The notes below the pieces were generated by a model, which had not been told where the DNA came from, ran no database searches, and saw nothing but the letters and a program-made list of their open reading frames with translations. From contig CAXXOU010000004.1 in the NCBI GenBank assembly GCA_963677495.2, positions 1,184,001 through 1,248,000 on the forward strand: 64,000 nt of DNA, read 5' to 3'. Position 1 is the stretch's first letter. Each line of letters begins with the position of its first letter. Origin of the DNA: Candidatus Cloacimonadales bacterium (GTDB lineage Bacteria; Cloacimonadota; Cloacimonadia; Cloacimonadales; JAFGVF01). The translations under genes were made by a program, and so were the position numbers. This document shows, piece by piece, positions 50,634 to 59,515 of this stretch.

Positions 50634-51785
50634 TTATCCTCCTGCTTTCTCAAACTTATGGCAACCGGTTTGCCTTAATTTATTAATGACAGGCTTTAAC
50701 TCATCTTCAAGTGCATTTCCTCTTTTACCCTGACAAAACGGACAGGCATGTATATCAGCTTTTGAGTCAACATAGAGATACCTGATACCACCTCCGAAGC
50801 ATCCGACATGCCTTTGGTGGTAACCTGTATATTCTAACATTGGCATCTCATCATGAGCAGGATTATTAACATAATCCAGATAGATCTCGTACAATGTAGC
50901 GATCTCTTCATCAGAAAGCTCGATATCCATTCCGGCATAATGTCCTGTCTTCCTTGGTTCCAAGATTCTCACGATAGAGACACCATGTTCCTTAGCTAAC
51001 TCCATATATCTTTCCAGGTTTGTTTTACTAACGAATTCCCGAACAGCGCATAAAGATAAAGCTACTACAAGTCCGGCTTCTCGAGCATTATCAATTGCTT
51101 TAAGAACCCAGTCATAAGCACTATCATGTTGTCTGAACTTGTTATGCTCATCTTTCTTCCAATGGTCAAGGCTTACTACAACGCCAGTTAAACCAGCCTT
51201 CTTAAGTCTATCAGCTTTCTCTTCATTGAGACCAAACCCGGAGGTAAGTATCCACATATCAGTTGTAGCCTTGGAGTTCTTTACCAGTTTAATCAGGTCA
51301 TCAAATCTTGCTAGTGGTTCTCCCCCACTCAGCTGGATATTAGTGATTCCATAATCTTCAAACTTACTCTGAATAGTTTGTATCTGTTCAAAGCTAAGTG
51401 TTTCTTCAGCTGACAGATTATTCCATTCATAGCAATGCTCACAATGCAACGGGCACCTACTGGTTATAGAAAATATTATTGTTTGCAGTTGATGAAAACC
51501 AGGTACAGAGATACGCTTCATTTCATTGGTAATAAAGAGATCGAATGCAGGTGAAGGCCATCCGGGAGCAGCAATGTTCCAATAATATTTATCATCCACC
51601 TTATACATCTTCGGCTTATCAGAATAACCCTGAATTCTTTTTCTTTTATCGACAAGCATCTTCAATGCTTTCATAGCTTTGATTGGATTACCGTACAGCT
51701 TCAAAGCTAATTTAAAAATATCTCTTCGAAGTCCTTTACGGACTCGCTTTAGCTCCTTACCAGTTACTTGATATGACTTACTCAT
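50634..51785 (-). CDS. Radical SAM protein with twitch-like C-terminus
   Basis: CPLHCEHC, LSGGEP, GCFGGG..IHACPFC..GCH. Confidence 0.88.
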   Translation of the reverse strand: MSKSYQVTGKELKRVRKGLRRDIFKLALKLYGNPIKAMKALKMLVDKRKRIQGYSDKPKMYKVDDKYYWNIAAPGWPSPAFDLFITNEMKRISVPGFHQLQTIIFSITSRCPLHCEHCYEWNNLSAEETLSFEQIQTIQSKFEDYGITNIQLSGGEPLARFDDLIKLVKNSKATTDMWILTSGFGLNEEKADRLKKAGLTGVVVSLDHWKKDEHNKFRQHDSAYDWVLKAIDNAREAGLVVALSLCAVREFVSKTNLERYMELAKEHGVSIVRILEPRKTGHYAGMDIELSDEEIATLYEIYLDYVNNPAHDEMPMLEYTGYHQRHVGCFGGGIRYLYVDSKADIHACPFCQGKRGNALEDELKPVINKLRQTGCHKFEKAGG

Positions 51786-53364
51786 TATTAAAGCTTTCCC
51801 TCATCTCAAGCAAGTTCTCATATGAGAACCTACTTAGTCGACCCGGTTTCTTAAAACCGTTGAGCTTGGTTATTTTTGCTGGTCCATCAGGTTCTCTTAT
51901 AACTTCATAATGACCTTTACTGTGCATTATGATAGATCTAGCCAGACTTTCATCCTGTTCAGGAACAGGGAACTGCATTATTGCTCTGTTTCCAATCTCA
52001 GGCATCACAAAGTAATCGTTATCATCGTTTAAAAGCAAATCTCTAACATCATTATTATCATGATCAATAGCTGATTCTAATGAAACGATTTGAGGTTTTA
52101 CCTCTACGTTTTCAGTGTAATCAATTCCAACATAATCTGTTTCCCAGAACATAAAGCCGGATTCTAGTTTCACTTCAATTTCATCACCTTCTACTTTTGA
52201 GATATCTATTGGTAAAACCATCTCTTTGTCGGCCATCGGACCAACAACATGGTAATAGTCTGCAAACTCCCATTTACCATCTTGTTTCACATATATTGAT
52301 AAAGGTATATCCTGTTCAAGTGACCAATTAGGATTGTCAGATTTGCCGGACTCTTTCTGCTTATCGAACCATTTATGATATCTTTCACCAAACAAGCTAA
52401 AGAATCTACCCATTGTGTAATCAAGCCAGAATGAGTTTTTACCCTTATATACAAGCTTTGCAGTATTAGCATCTTGAGGTTTCTTAAAAGTAAGCACCAT
52501 ACTATCTTTAGCATTCTCTTCCATAACCTGATTCTCTTCACCACTGTAGTAGAGAGAATCTTTGTCTGTAATTATAGGTAGAATATCATTTCCCTGAGCT
52601 GTTAAAGCAGCTATAGGTTTCTGTAACTCTCCAAAGGTTTGATAATCACCATACTTATCAATTAATACACTTCGATTCTCAGGGTGGTCAACAACAACCA
52701 GTTCAGTAAGATTAGTTGATTGAATCTCTCGCATCTGATTATCCATCTTAAGCTGATATTTGCCATCAACAGGATGCAAATCAGGTAATGGCAGGTAATC
52801 ATGTCGCTCCAAATGCGGCAATATTGCACCGGAATAGATCTCACCAGTTAGCGTATATTTTTCACCGTCAAATGTGTAAACGAATGGACATGACTCTTTC
52901 GTCGCAAGGACAATTGCAATAATTATAACAGAAATAGCAGCTACGGATAACCCTGTTAACAGTACTGTTTTGATTAGTGTCAAAGCAGGATCAACTTCAT
53001 ATACCTGTATCTTTCGAATATCTTTGAGAGGAATCGATACCTTACCCATACTATCAGGTGGAGCAACATTTTCTTTCATATGAAAGTTAATCATGAATTT
53101 ATCTTTCTTGATTTTTGGCTTAATGTAATACTCCTTCATACTACCTGTAACAACTTTCTTCTTAAGTTTAGCCTTGGTAATATAGTATTTATTCTTCTCC
53201 TCCCCTTCATAGATAACGCGAATGTTCCTTTGATATAATCTGGGAATCTCATTCTTTTGAATTTTGTAAGGACTGTATACAACACATGAGCTGAACTGTA
53301 ATGCTATTAGAATGACAATAATAAGTTTGAAAACTCTCTTAGATAATCTCATAATATCCCCCAT
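51778..53364 (-). CDS. Hypothetical lipoprotein with an internal TM helix
   Basis: Lipobox-like FSSC, hydrophobic helix at about aa 132-154, then KESCPFVYTFDG domain. Confidence 0.75.
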   Translation of the reverse strand: MGDIMRLSKRVFKLIIVILIALQFSSCVVYSPYKIQKNEIPRLYQRNIRVIYEGEEKNKYYITKAKLKKKVVTGSMKEYYIKPKIKKDKFMINFHMKENVAPPDSMGKVSIPLKDIRKIQVYEVDPALTLIKTVLLTGLSVAAISVIIIAIVLATKESCPFVYTFDGEKYTLTGEIYSGAILPHLERHDYLPLPDLHPVDGKYQLKMDNQMREIQSTNLTELVVVDHPENRSVLIDKYGDYQTFGELQKPIAALTAQGNDILPIITDKDSLYYSGEENQVMEENAKDSMVLTFKKPQDANTAKLVYKGKNSFWLDYTMGRFFSLFGERYHKWFDKQKESGKSDNPNWSLEQDIPLSIYVKQDGKWEFADYYHVVGPMADKEMVLPIDISKVEGDEIEVKLESGFMFWETDYVGIDYTENVEVKPQIVSLESAIDHDNNDVRDLLLNDDNDYFVMPEIGNRAIMQFPVPEQDESLARSIIMHSKGHYEVIREPDGPAKITKLNGFKKPGRLSRFSYENLLEMRESFNNE

Positions 53365-53490
53365 TAATAAAAACTATTTCAAGTAGTAGATATTTCTACA
53401 CACAATAAAAAATATGTCAATATCTTTTAACTATTAGCTGACACTAGTTCAATTCTGAATGCGTTTATTGACAGGTATGGATTTATTGAC

Positions 53491-53598
53491 TGAAATCTTG
53501 GATCCTCTCCCGGGTTACCCTTACCTCACCCTTGGGTATCTCTTGCAAAGCCAAGAAAGTTGCAAGGGAGAACCATGGGAAAATCAGGCGAGATTTCA
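53491..53598. repeat. Family D 11-bp-phased inverted element
   Basis: Pyrimidine blocks at 53506/53517/53528/53539; purine blocks at 53551/53562/53573/53584; outer TGAAATCTTG..CGAGATTTCA. Confidence 0.7.
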
Positions 53599-53644
53599 AT
53601 ATTTGTCCCAGACTTTTATCAGACTAATTCTACTTCTGTCCATC

Positions 53645-53794
53645 ATTCTTCTCTCAGCAGTAATTAGTGATTTTAAACTGGTTTAAACTTGATGATATGT
53701 TGACCTATTCTTGGCAATTAAGCCAAGAATAGGCCAGGGATTTGCCAAGTGTTTACCAAGGGTTGACCAAGAATTACTGCTGGGAGTAGAGGGG
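53645..53794. repeat. Family C element (opposite orientation to the 9927 copy)
   Basis: CCAAG/CCAGG at 53723/53734/53745/53756/53767; stem CTCAGCAGTAATT..AATTACTGCTGGG. Confidence 0.88.
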
Positions 53795-53848
53795 ACATAG
53801 CTACATTTGGACACTTTATGTATTGTCCTGAAATAGTTACCCTAAACT

Positions 53849-54283
53849 ATGAAAGGAAAAGAGATGAAAGAGAAAGAAGAAAAGAGAGTTTTGAGAAACT
53901 ATAGTGTAGTATTTAAGATGAAAGTAGTAGACGAAATCGAGAGTGGATATTTAACTATTAGTGAAGCAACTCAGCTTTATAAAATACCAAGTACGACAAC
54001 CATTCGAGGTTGGATCAAAAAATATGGAATGGATCAAAAGATTGATAAGGTGGTACACTATATGACTAAAGATGAAAAGACCGAATTAATCCGCTTACGC
54101 AAGGAGAATAGACGGCTTCAGCGTGCATTGGACGATAGCTATCTTAAAGAGTTAGCATTAGAGACATTGATAGAAGTATCCGGTAATAAGCTAGGTATGG
54201 ATCTAAAAAAAAAGCTTGGTTCGATAGTGCAGGAAAAACTCAAGAAAGAGCTATTGAATGCGGACTCCGATACAGAGGATTAG
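53849..54283 (+). CDS. IS3 OrfA (HTH)
   Basis: YSVVFKMKVVDEIESG..TIRGWIKKYG HTH followed by a coiled coil. Confidence 0.9.
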   Translation: MKGKEMKEKEEKRVLRNYSVVFKMKVVDEIESGYLTISEATQLYKIPSTTTIRGWIKKYGMDQKIDKVVHYMTKDEKTELIRLRKENRRLQRALDDSYLKELALETLIEVSGNKLGMDLKKKLGSIVQEKLKKELLNADSDTED

Positions 54284-54297
54284 AGAGGATTTGTAAG

Positions 54298-55086
54298 GTG
54301 TACGGTTATACAAGACAAGGCTATAATAAGCATGTAAAAATACTCGAACGAGATGCTGCGAGAGACCGTGAGATAGTGCGACTCGTGGAAGAGCTCCGGC
54401 GAGAACAGGAGACAACAGGCTATCGAATGATAATGAAAATGCTTATAAAACATAATGATCCTGACCTAAAGATAAGTAGAGATAAACTAATAGAGTTGTT
54501 ACGTATGAATAACTTATTGCAAAGACCTCCCAAGCGATATGTAGTTACAACAAACTGGAAGCATAAATTGAAGATATACCCCAATCTTTTACCGGAAACG
54601 AACATCACAAAAAAAGACCAAGTTTGGGTAACAGACATTACATATATCTCAGTTGGAAGGGGGTTTATGTATCTGTTTTTAGTAACAGACTACTATTCAA
54701 GAAAGATAGTTGGTCACTACTTATCTGATACTCTGGAAACAAAAGGAGCAGTGAAGGCATTTAATAAAGCAAAAAGAGGAACAAAAATCCCGCGAGGTAT
54801 AATACTTCACTCTGATCATGGTGTCCAGTACTGTAGTAAAGAATACATCGGATTGCTTAAAAGAAGCCATGCAAGAGTTAGTATGACAGGAAAGAATCAC
54901 TGCTATGATAATGCAGTCGCTGAAAGAGTAAACAGAACATTGAAACATGATCTGGGAATGAAATTGAAATTCCCAAACAAAAAGGTCGCTTTGCAAGCAA
55001 CGGAAGAAGCAGTTTATATCTATAATAATAAAAGATATCATTCTTCACTTGACTACAACACTCCTGGAAGTGTATATGCTTCTTAG
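54298..55086 (+). CDS. IS3 OrfB DDE transposase (likely fused to OrfA by -1 frameshift)
   Basis: WVTDITYI, HSDHGVQY, DNAVAERVN, YNNKRYHSSL; lies in the -1 frame relative to OrfA. Confidence 0.92.
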   Translation: MYGYTRQGYNKHVKILERDAARDREIVRLVEELRREQETTGYRMIMKMLIKHNDPDLKISRDKLIELLRMNNLLQRPPKRYVVTTNWKHKLKIYPNLLPETNITKKDQVWVTDITYISVGRGFMYLFLVTDYYSRKIVGHYLSDTLETKGAVKAFNKAKRGTKIPRGIILHSDHGVQYCSKEYIGLLKRSHARVSMTGKNHCYDNAVAERVNRTLKHDLGMKLKFPNKKVALQATEEAVYIYNNKRYHSSLDYNTPGSVYAS

Positions 55087-55242
55087 TAAATCAATTTAGA
55101 AAAGATAGAATTATTTCATTCAATTGAAGTAAACTGAGTAACTAAAACTATGGTAAACTTATTCAGGACACTGCATTATCTCACTTATCTCACTTCATCT
55201 CATTCTTTCTTCTCCTATATTAAACTCTTTATCAAAACGTAA

Positions 55243-55620
55243 CCTTCCCACTGTTTTCCCACTGTGCACGCACTGTGCACCCAGTGAAACAGTGGGTTGG
55301 CAGTGCCTTCACAGTGCGTGCACAGTGCAGACACAGTGCGTTGATAGATAGAGCAGTGAAAGGGAGTAAAAAGGGCAGTAAATATAGCTAAGTTGTTGGT
55401 AATCGCACTGTGTATGTTAATTTCGGACTTGCGTTGCAGCGATAGCGTGACGCGAGAACGAATCAGAGGATTGCGACTTCGGAGTGCATTTTAGGAAGTC
55501 CGTTGCCTTATCAGGCCGACAAACTCCCTAAAATGCTGTAAGTCATTGCAAATCCCACTGTCTATGTAATTTTGAAGCTGTCGCAATAGCGACCGAAGGG
55601 AGATGGGCGAATAGCGAAAA
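55243..55620. repeat. Family B composite element, second copy
   Basis: CACTG at 55249/55260/55271, CAGTG at 55290/55301/55312/55323/55334; shares modules with 18672-18990 and 9773-9820. Confidence 0.9.
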
Positions 55621-55909
55621 ATGGCAAAGGTATAACATTATGAATTCAACTCGTAAACTCGTGCTGGTGGCTACTCCCTATATGTCTCCCTGCCAGTCCA
55701 ACGAGCTCCTTGGATTACGATAAATATAGCAAACTAAAAGGACAATATTTCCATCAATCGTCCCAATTATCGATAACATTATAAAATATGATTGACAGAA
55801 ATCTAAGGGTATGAATTTTCTAGTGTATTGGAACGAGAATACCAAAATACAAAGTTTTAGCATGTCAGAAACGCTAAATATCATATGTTTACAATTAAAG
55901 GAGACATTT

Positions 55910-57169
55910 ATGGAATCCATCGACAACATATTTGAGTTAAATGGAACTCAGTTGAATAAACTTGCCCGTAAATACAAGATCACAGGCTACACAAACATGG
56001 AGAAGCAGGAGCTTATTTTCAAGATACTTGAGATGGTTGCTCTTCAAGAAGGTCTTGCCTTCGTTACAGGTTGCCTTGACGTTATGGATGACGGGTATGG
56101 TTTCTTAAGATTCGAACACAACAACTACCTCCCCGGGAAAGATGATGTATATGTATCACTTACCCAGATTAGAAGATTTAACCTCAAAAGCGGTCATTTA
56201 GTATCAGGTCCTGTACGTTCACCTAAAGATGGTGAAAAGTATTATGCACTTCTCAGAGTCACAGCTGTTAATGCTGCAGACCCACAAGAAGTAATCGAAG
56301 CAAAGAAGTTTGACCGACTTACTCCTTATTATCCAACTGAAAGACTCAACCTTGAGCACCATCAGAATGAGCACACTACAAGAATCATGAACCTCTTCAC
56401 CCCTATCGGTAAAGGTCAGCGTGGTATTATTGTTGCTCCACCAAGAACTGGTAAAACTGTGCTTCTTCAAAATGTTGCTAACGCTATCCTTACTAACCAT
56501 CCGGAAGTTGAGCTTATTGTGCTTCTCGTTGATGAGAGACCGGAAGAGGTTACTGAGATGAAACGTATCCTTAAACCGGGTAAAAGAGAAGTTCTCAGTT
56601 CTACATTTGATGAAACACCAAGAAACCACATAGCTGTTGCTGAGATGGTTATGAACAGAGCTAAACGTCTCGCTGAGATGGGGCGTGACGTAGTTATTGT
56701 GCTTGATAGTATTACTCGTCTTGCTCGTGCATATAACAACACTGTTCCTTCTTCAGGTAAGGTTCTTAGTGGTGGTATTGATGCTAATGGTCTTCATAAA
56801 CCTAAAAAGTTCTTCGGTGCTGCAAGAAACACAGAGGAATCAGGTAGTTTAACTATTATCGCAACTGCTCTTGTTGATACAGGTAGTAGAATGGACCAGG
56901 TTATCTTTGAAGAGTTCAAAGGAACTGGTAACATGGAGCTTGTACTTGATAGATCTATTAGTGATATGAGACTCTATCCAGCTATTGACGTTGTTAAGTC
57001 AGGTACAAGACGTGAAGAACTTCTCCAAACAGAACTTGAAAAACATAGAATGTATATATTACGTAAATACCTTAAGACTATGAGTCCAATACAGGGTATT
57101 GAAATGATGAAGAAGCGTATGAAAACAGCTGAGACTAACGAAGACTTATTGAAGAACATGAGTAGCTAA
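55910..57169 (+). CDS. rho: Transcription termination factor Rho
   Basis: [39 protein letters not shown]. Start at ATG 55910 after AAGGAG. Confidence 0.97.
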   Translation: MESIDNIFELNGTQLNKLARKYKITGYTNMEKQELIFKILEMVALQEGLAFVTGCLDVMDDGYGFLRFEHNNYLPGKDDVYVSLTQIRRFNLKSGHLVSGPVRSPKDGEKYYALLRVTAVNAADPQEVIEAKKFDRLTPYYPTERLNLEHHQNEHTTRIMNLFTPIGKGQRGIIVAPPRTGKTVLLQNVANAILTNHPEVELIVLLVDERPEEVTEMKRILKPGKREVLSSTFDETPRNHIAVAEMVMNRAKRLAEMGRDVVIVLDSITRLARAYNNTVPSSGKVLSGGIDANGLHKPKKFFGAARNTEESGSLTIIATALVDTGSRMDQVIFEEFKGTGNMELVLDRSISDMRLYPAIDVVKSGTRREELLQTELEKHRMYILRKYLKTMSPIQGIEMMKKRMKTAETNEDLLKNMSS

Positions 57170-58371
57170 TGGAACTTCTGGCTCCTGCAGGTAATCTAGT
57201 TAAGTTAAAGTATGCACTTATCTACGGTGCGGATGCTGTTTACTGTGCAACCAAGAAATTCGGTCTTAGAGCGAAAGCTGATAACTTCACGATTGAGGAG
57301 TTAGAAGAGGGTGTACAATTTGCGCATGAACGTGGGAAGAAAGTTTATGTTACTGTAAACAGCTTCCTTCATAACAGCGAAGTAGATGAGCTTCCTGAGC
57401 TACTTAAAGAGCTTGAGAGAGTTCATGTTGATGCTGTGATTGTTTCCGACCCCGGAGTTATTGCTCTTGTTAAAGAAACAACGAATCTGACAATTCATCT
57501 TAGTACTCAGGCTAACACTGTATCATGGCGGTCAGTGAAGTTCTGGAGTGAGAATGGCGTTAAACGCGTGATTCTCGCACGAGAGTTAACTTATGAAGAG
57601 ATTCAAGAGATTTGTGAGAAGGTTCCTGATACTGAGATTGAAATATTCGTTCATGGTGCAATGTGTATTGCATATTCCGGTAGATGCTTGCTAAGTGCTT
57701 TCCTTAATAATAGAAGCGGAAATAGTGGTCAATGTACCCAACCTTGTCGATGGAAATATAGTCTTGTGGAAGAGACTAGACCCAATCAACGCTTCGATAT
57801 TGAGGAAGATGAGCAAGGCACATATATTATGAACTCAAAAGACTTGAATCTTTTCAATGAGCTTCCGCAGATTATCAACTCCGGTATTCATTCCATAAAG
57901 ATCGAAGGCAGAATGAAGAGTGCTTATTATGTTGCGAATGTCGTTAGAACCTATAGAAAAGCAATAGAACTTCTTCAAAGTGGCGTGAATGTTGAAGAGT
58001 CTCTGAGTGATGAACTTTATAAGATTAGTCATAGAATCTATGGACCGGGATTCTTCCATGGTTTTGATTCAGATGATACACAGTTCTATGGTTCTTCAGC
58101 TTATATAAGAGATTACCAATATCTTGGGCGTGTGATAGATTCTTATGACGGCACAGCTGTTATTGAATGCTACAGTAAATTCTCTATTGGTGAAGAGATT
58201 GAGATTATCTTCCCTAACCCTGAGGATGATATTGTGATGAGAGCTGAATCAATGTCACTTGAAGATAAGAAAAAGATTGAGTTTACAAAACCTAATACGC
58301 AGGTGCATCTTACAGTAGATAAACAAGTAAAAGAGTATGGTCTTGTCAGGAAGAAGATTAATCAGGCTTAG
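57169..58371 (+). CDS. U32-family protein (TrhP/YegQ-like tRNA hydroxylation)
   Basis: ELLAPAG, HLSTQAN, ILAREL, MCIAYSGRC..CTQPCR, KIEGRMK. Confidence 0.88.
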   Translation: MELLAPAGNLVKLKYALIYGADAVYCATKKFGLRAKADNFTIEELEEGVQFAHERGKKVYVTVNSFLHNSEVDELPELLKELERVHVDAVIVSDPGVIALVKETTNLTIHLSTQANTVSWRSVKFWSENGVKRVILARELTYEEIQEICEKVPDTEIEIFVHGAMCIAYSGRCLLSAFLNNRSGNSGQCTQPCRWKYSLVEETRPNQRFDIEEDEQGTYIMNSKDLNLFNELPQIINSGIHSIKIEGRMKSAYYVANVVRTYRKAIELLQSGVNVEESLSDELYKISHRIYGPGFFHGFDSDDTQFYGSSAYIRDYQYLGRVIDSYDGTAVIECYSKFSIGEEIEIIFPNPEDDIVMRAESMSLEDKKKIEFTKPNTQVHLTVDKQVKEYGLVRKKINQA

Positions 58372-59515
58372 TCTTACGATAGTTGGTTTGTCAATAGGAA
58401 TCAGCCTTAGTGCTGTAGTTCCACGGCATGCTAATTTGATTGAGCAGTATAAAAAGGGTAATAGTAAAGTTGTTGCTGATAGTTTGAAAACATTTAAGCA
58501 TTACAACAATGTAGATTCAGCATTCTATAACTTATATATGGGAAAGCTGGCTTCGAACATCGAAACATCTGAGCGTTTCTTTCTGGAGGCAATCAAGAAA
58601 GGGCGCAATACAGAGTACTATCCGGAAATCTGCCTTGAAATGGGTAAAATCCGTTTCTTTGAGCGTAGATATAAGGATGCCTTAGAGTATTTAGCTTGTG
58701 CAAAAGATTATGGTGATACTCACTTTTGGAAAGCAAGAGCTTATTACAAACAAGCAAAGAACTACCGCAAAGCAAGATCTGCTGCAAGAGCTTACATAGA
58801 AACGAGTAAAGATATTGATAAAGTTAAATTGGCTTATTACACTATAGCTGACTCATGGGCTGAGACTTACGATCATGATAAAGCAATTGATGTTCTAGTT
58901 GAAATGGGTGAGAAATATCCAGATTTACTACAGTCGCAGTATTATTTACTAAAACTGGGAAACTACCAGTTTAAAACAGATGCACCTAAAACATCCTATG
59001 AGTTTTATAAACAAGTGATACTTATAGACAGACTTTCCTCTTATGCCTTTGAAGCTGAGAAACAACTTTATGTCTTAAAGACTCTTTTTAAGGATTCTAT
59101 TGATTTAGCATGTCTTTATCCTGGAGAAGATGTAAAACCGGAAAATAAACCTGTTCTCCCATTAAAAAAGATAACTAAGAAGAAACCTAAACAAGAAAAT
59201 AAAGTAGAACATGATAAAGCTCTAGCAGAGATCAGGCAAAACTATCTAGGAACTAACCCGGTTAGAGTTGATAAGCCGGGAGAAGGAATCTACCTTCAAC
59301 TAGGCAGATTTGGGGTTGAAAACAATGCAAGTAATCTAGTTACAAAGGTAAGATCAAAACAGATTAACTGTAGTTATTTCAAAACTGCCTTCAAAGAGAA
59401 AGATTCTTTTGTTGTATTAGCCGGTCCTTTTACCGATGGGAGCAAAGCAGGATCTGCGAAAAAAGTTTTAAAAACAATGCAAATAAATTCATTTTTAAAG
59501 GTAATTAATGAGTAA
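58337..59515 (+). CDS. TPR + SPOR-domain protein
   Basis: TPR-like helices; C-terminal YLQLGRFG..NA..VLAGPF SPOR pattern; start uncertain. Confidence 0.78.
   Translation: MVLSGRRLIRLSLTIVGLSIGISLSAVVPRHANLIEQYKKGNSKVVADSLKTFKHYNNVDSAFYNLYMGKLASNIETSERFFLEAIKKGRNTEYYPEICLEMGKIRFFERRYKDALEYLACAKDYGDTHFWKARAYYKQAKNYRKARSAARAYIETSKDIDKVKLAYYTIADSWAETYDHDKAIDVLVEMGEKYPDLLQSQYYLLKLGNYQFKTDAPKTSYEFYKQVILIDRLSSYAFEAEKQLYVLKTLFKDSIDLACLYPGEDVKPENKPVLPLKKITKKKPKQENKVEHDKALAEIRQNYLGTNPVRVDKPGEGIYLQLGRFGVENNASNLVTKVRSKQINCSYFKTAFKEKDSFVVLAGPFTDGSKAGSAKKVLKTMQINSFLKVINE

Larger units (their letters stand above)
53819..55175 (+). mobile_element. IS3-family insertion sequence, apparently intact
   Basis: IRL TGTATTGTCCTGAAATAGTTACC; IRR (reverse complement) TGCAGTGTCCTGAATAAGTTTACC; TG..CA ends; TTA duplication at 53816-53818 and 55176-55178. 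Confidence 0.93.

Noticed and set aside
53459..53686. 75-aa ORF
   Set aside because: It runs through the family D and C repeats and has no protein-like features.
55811..55909. N-terminal extension of Rho in the ORF track
   Set aside because: A strong AAGGAG RBS precedes ATG 55910, and the upstream part overlaps the likely promoter.
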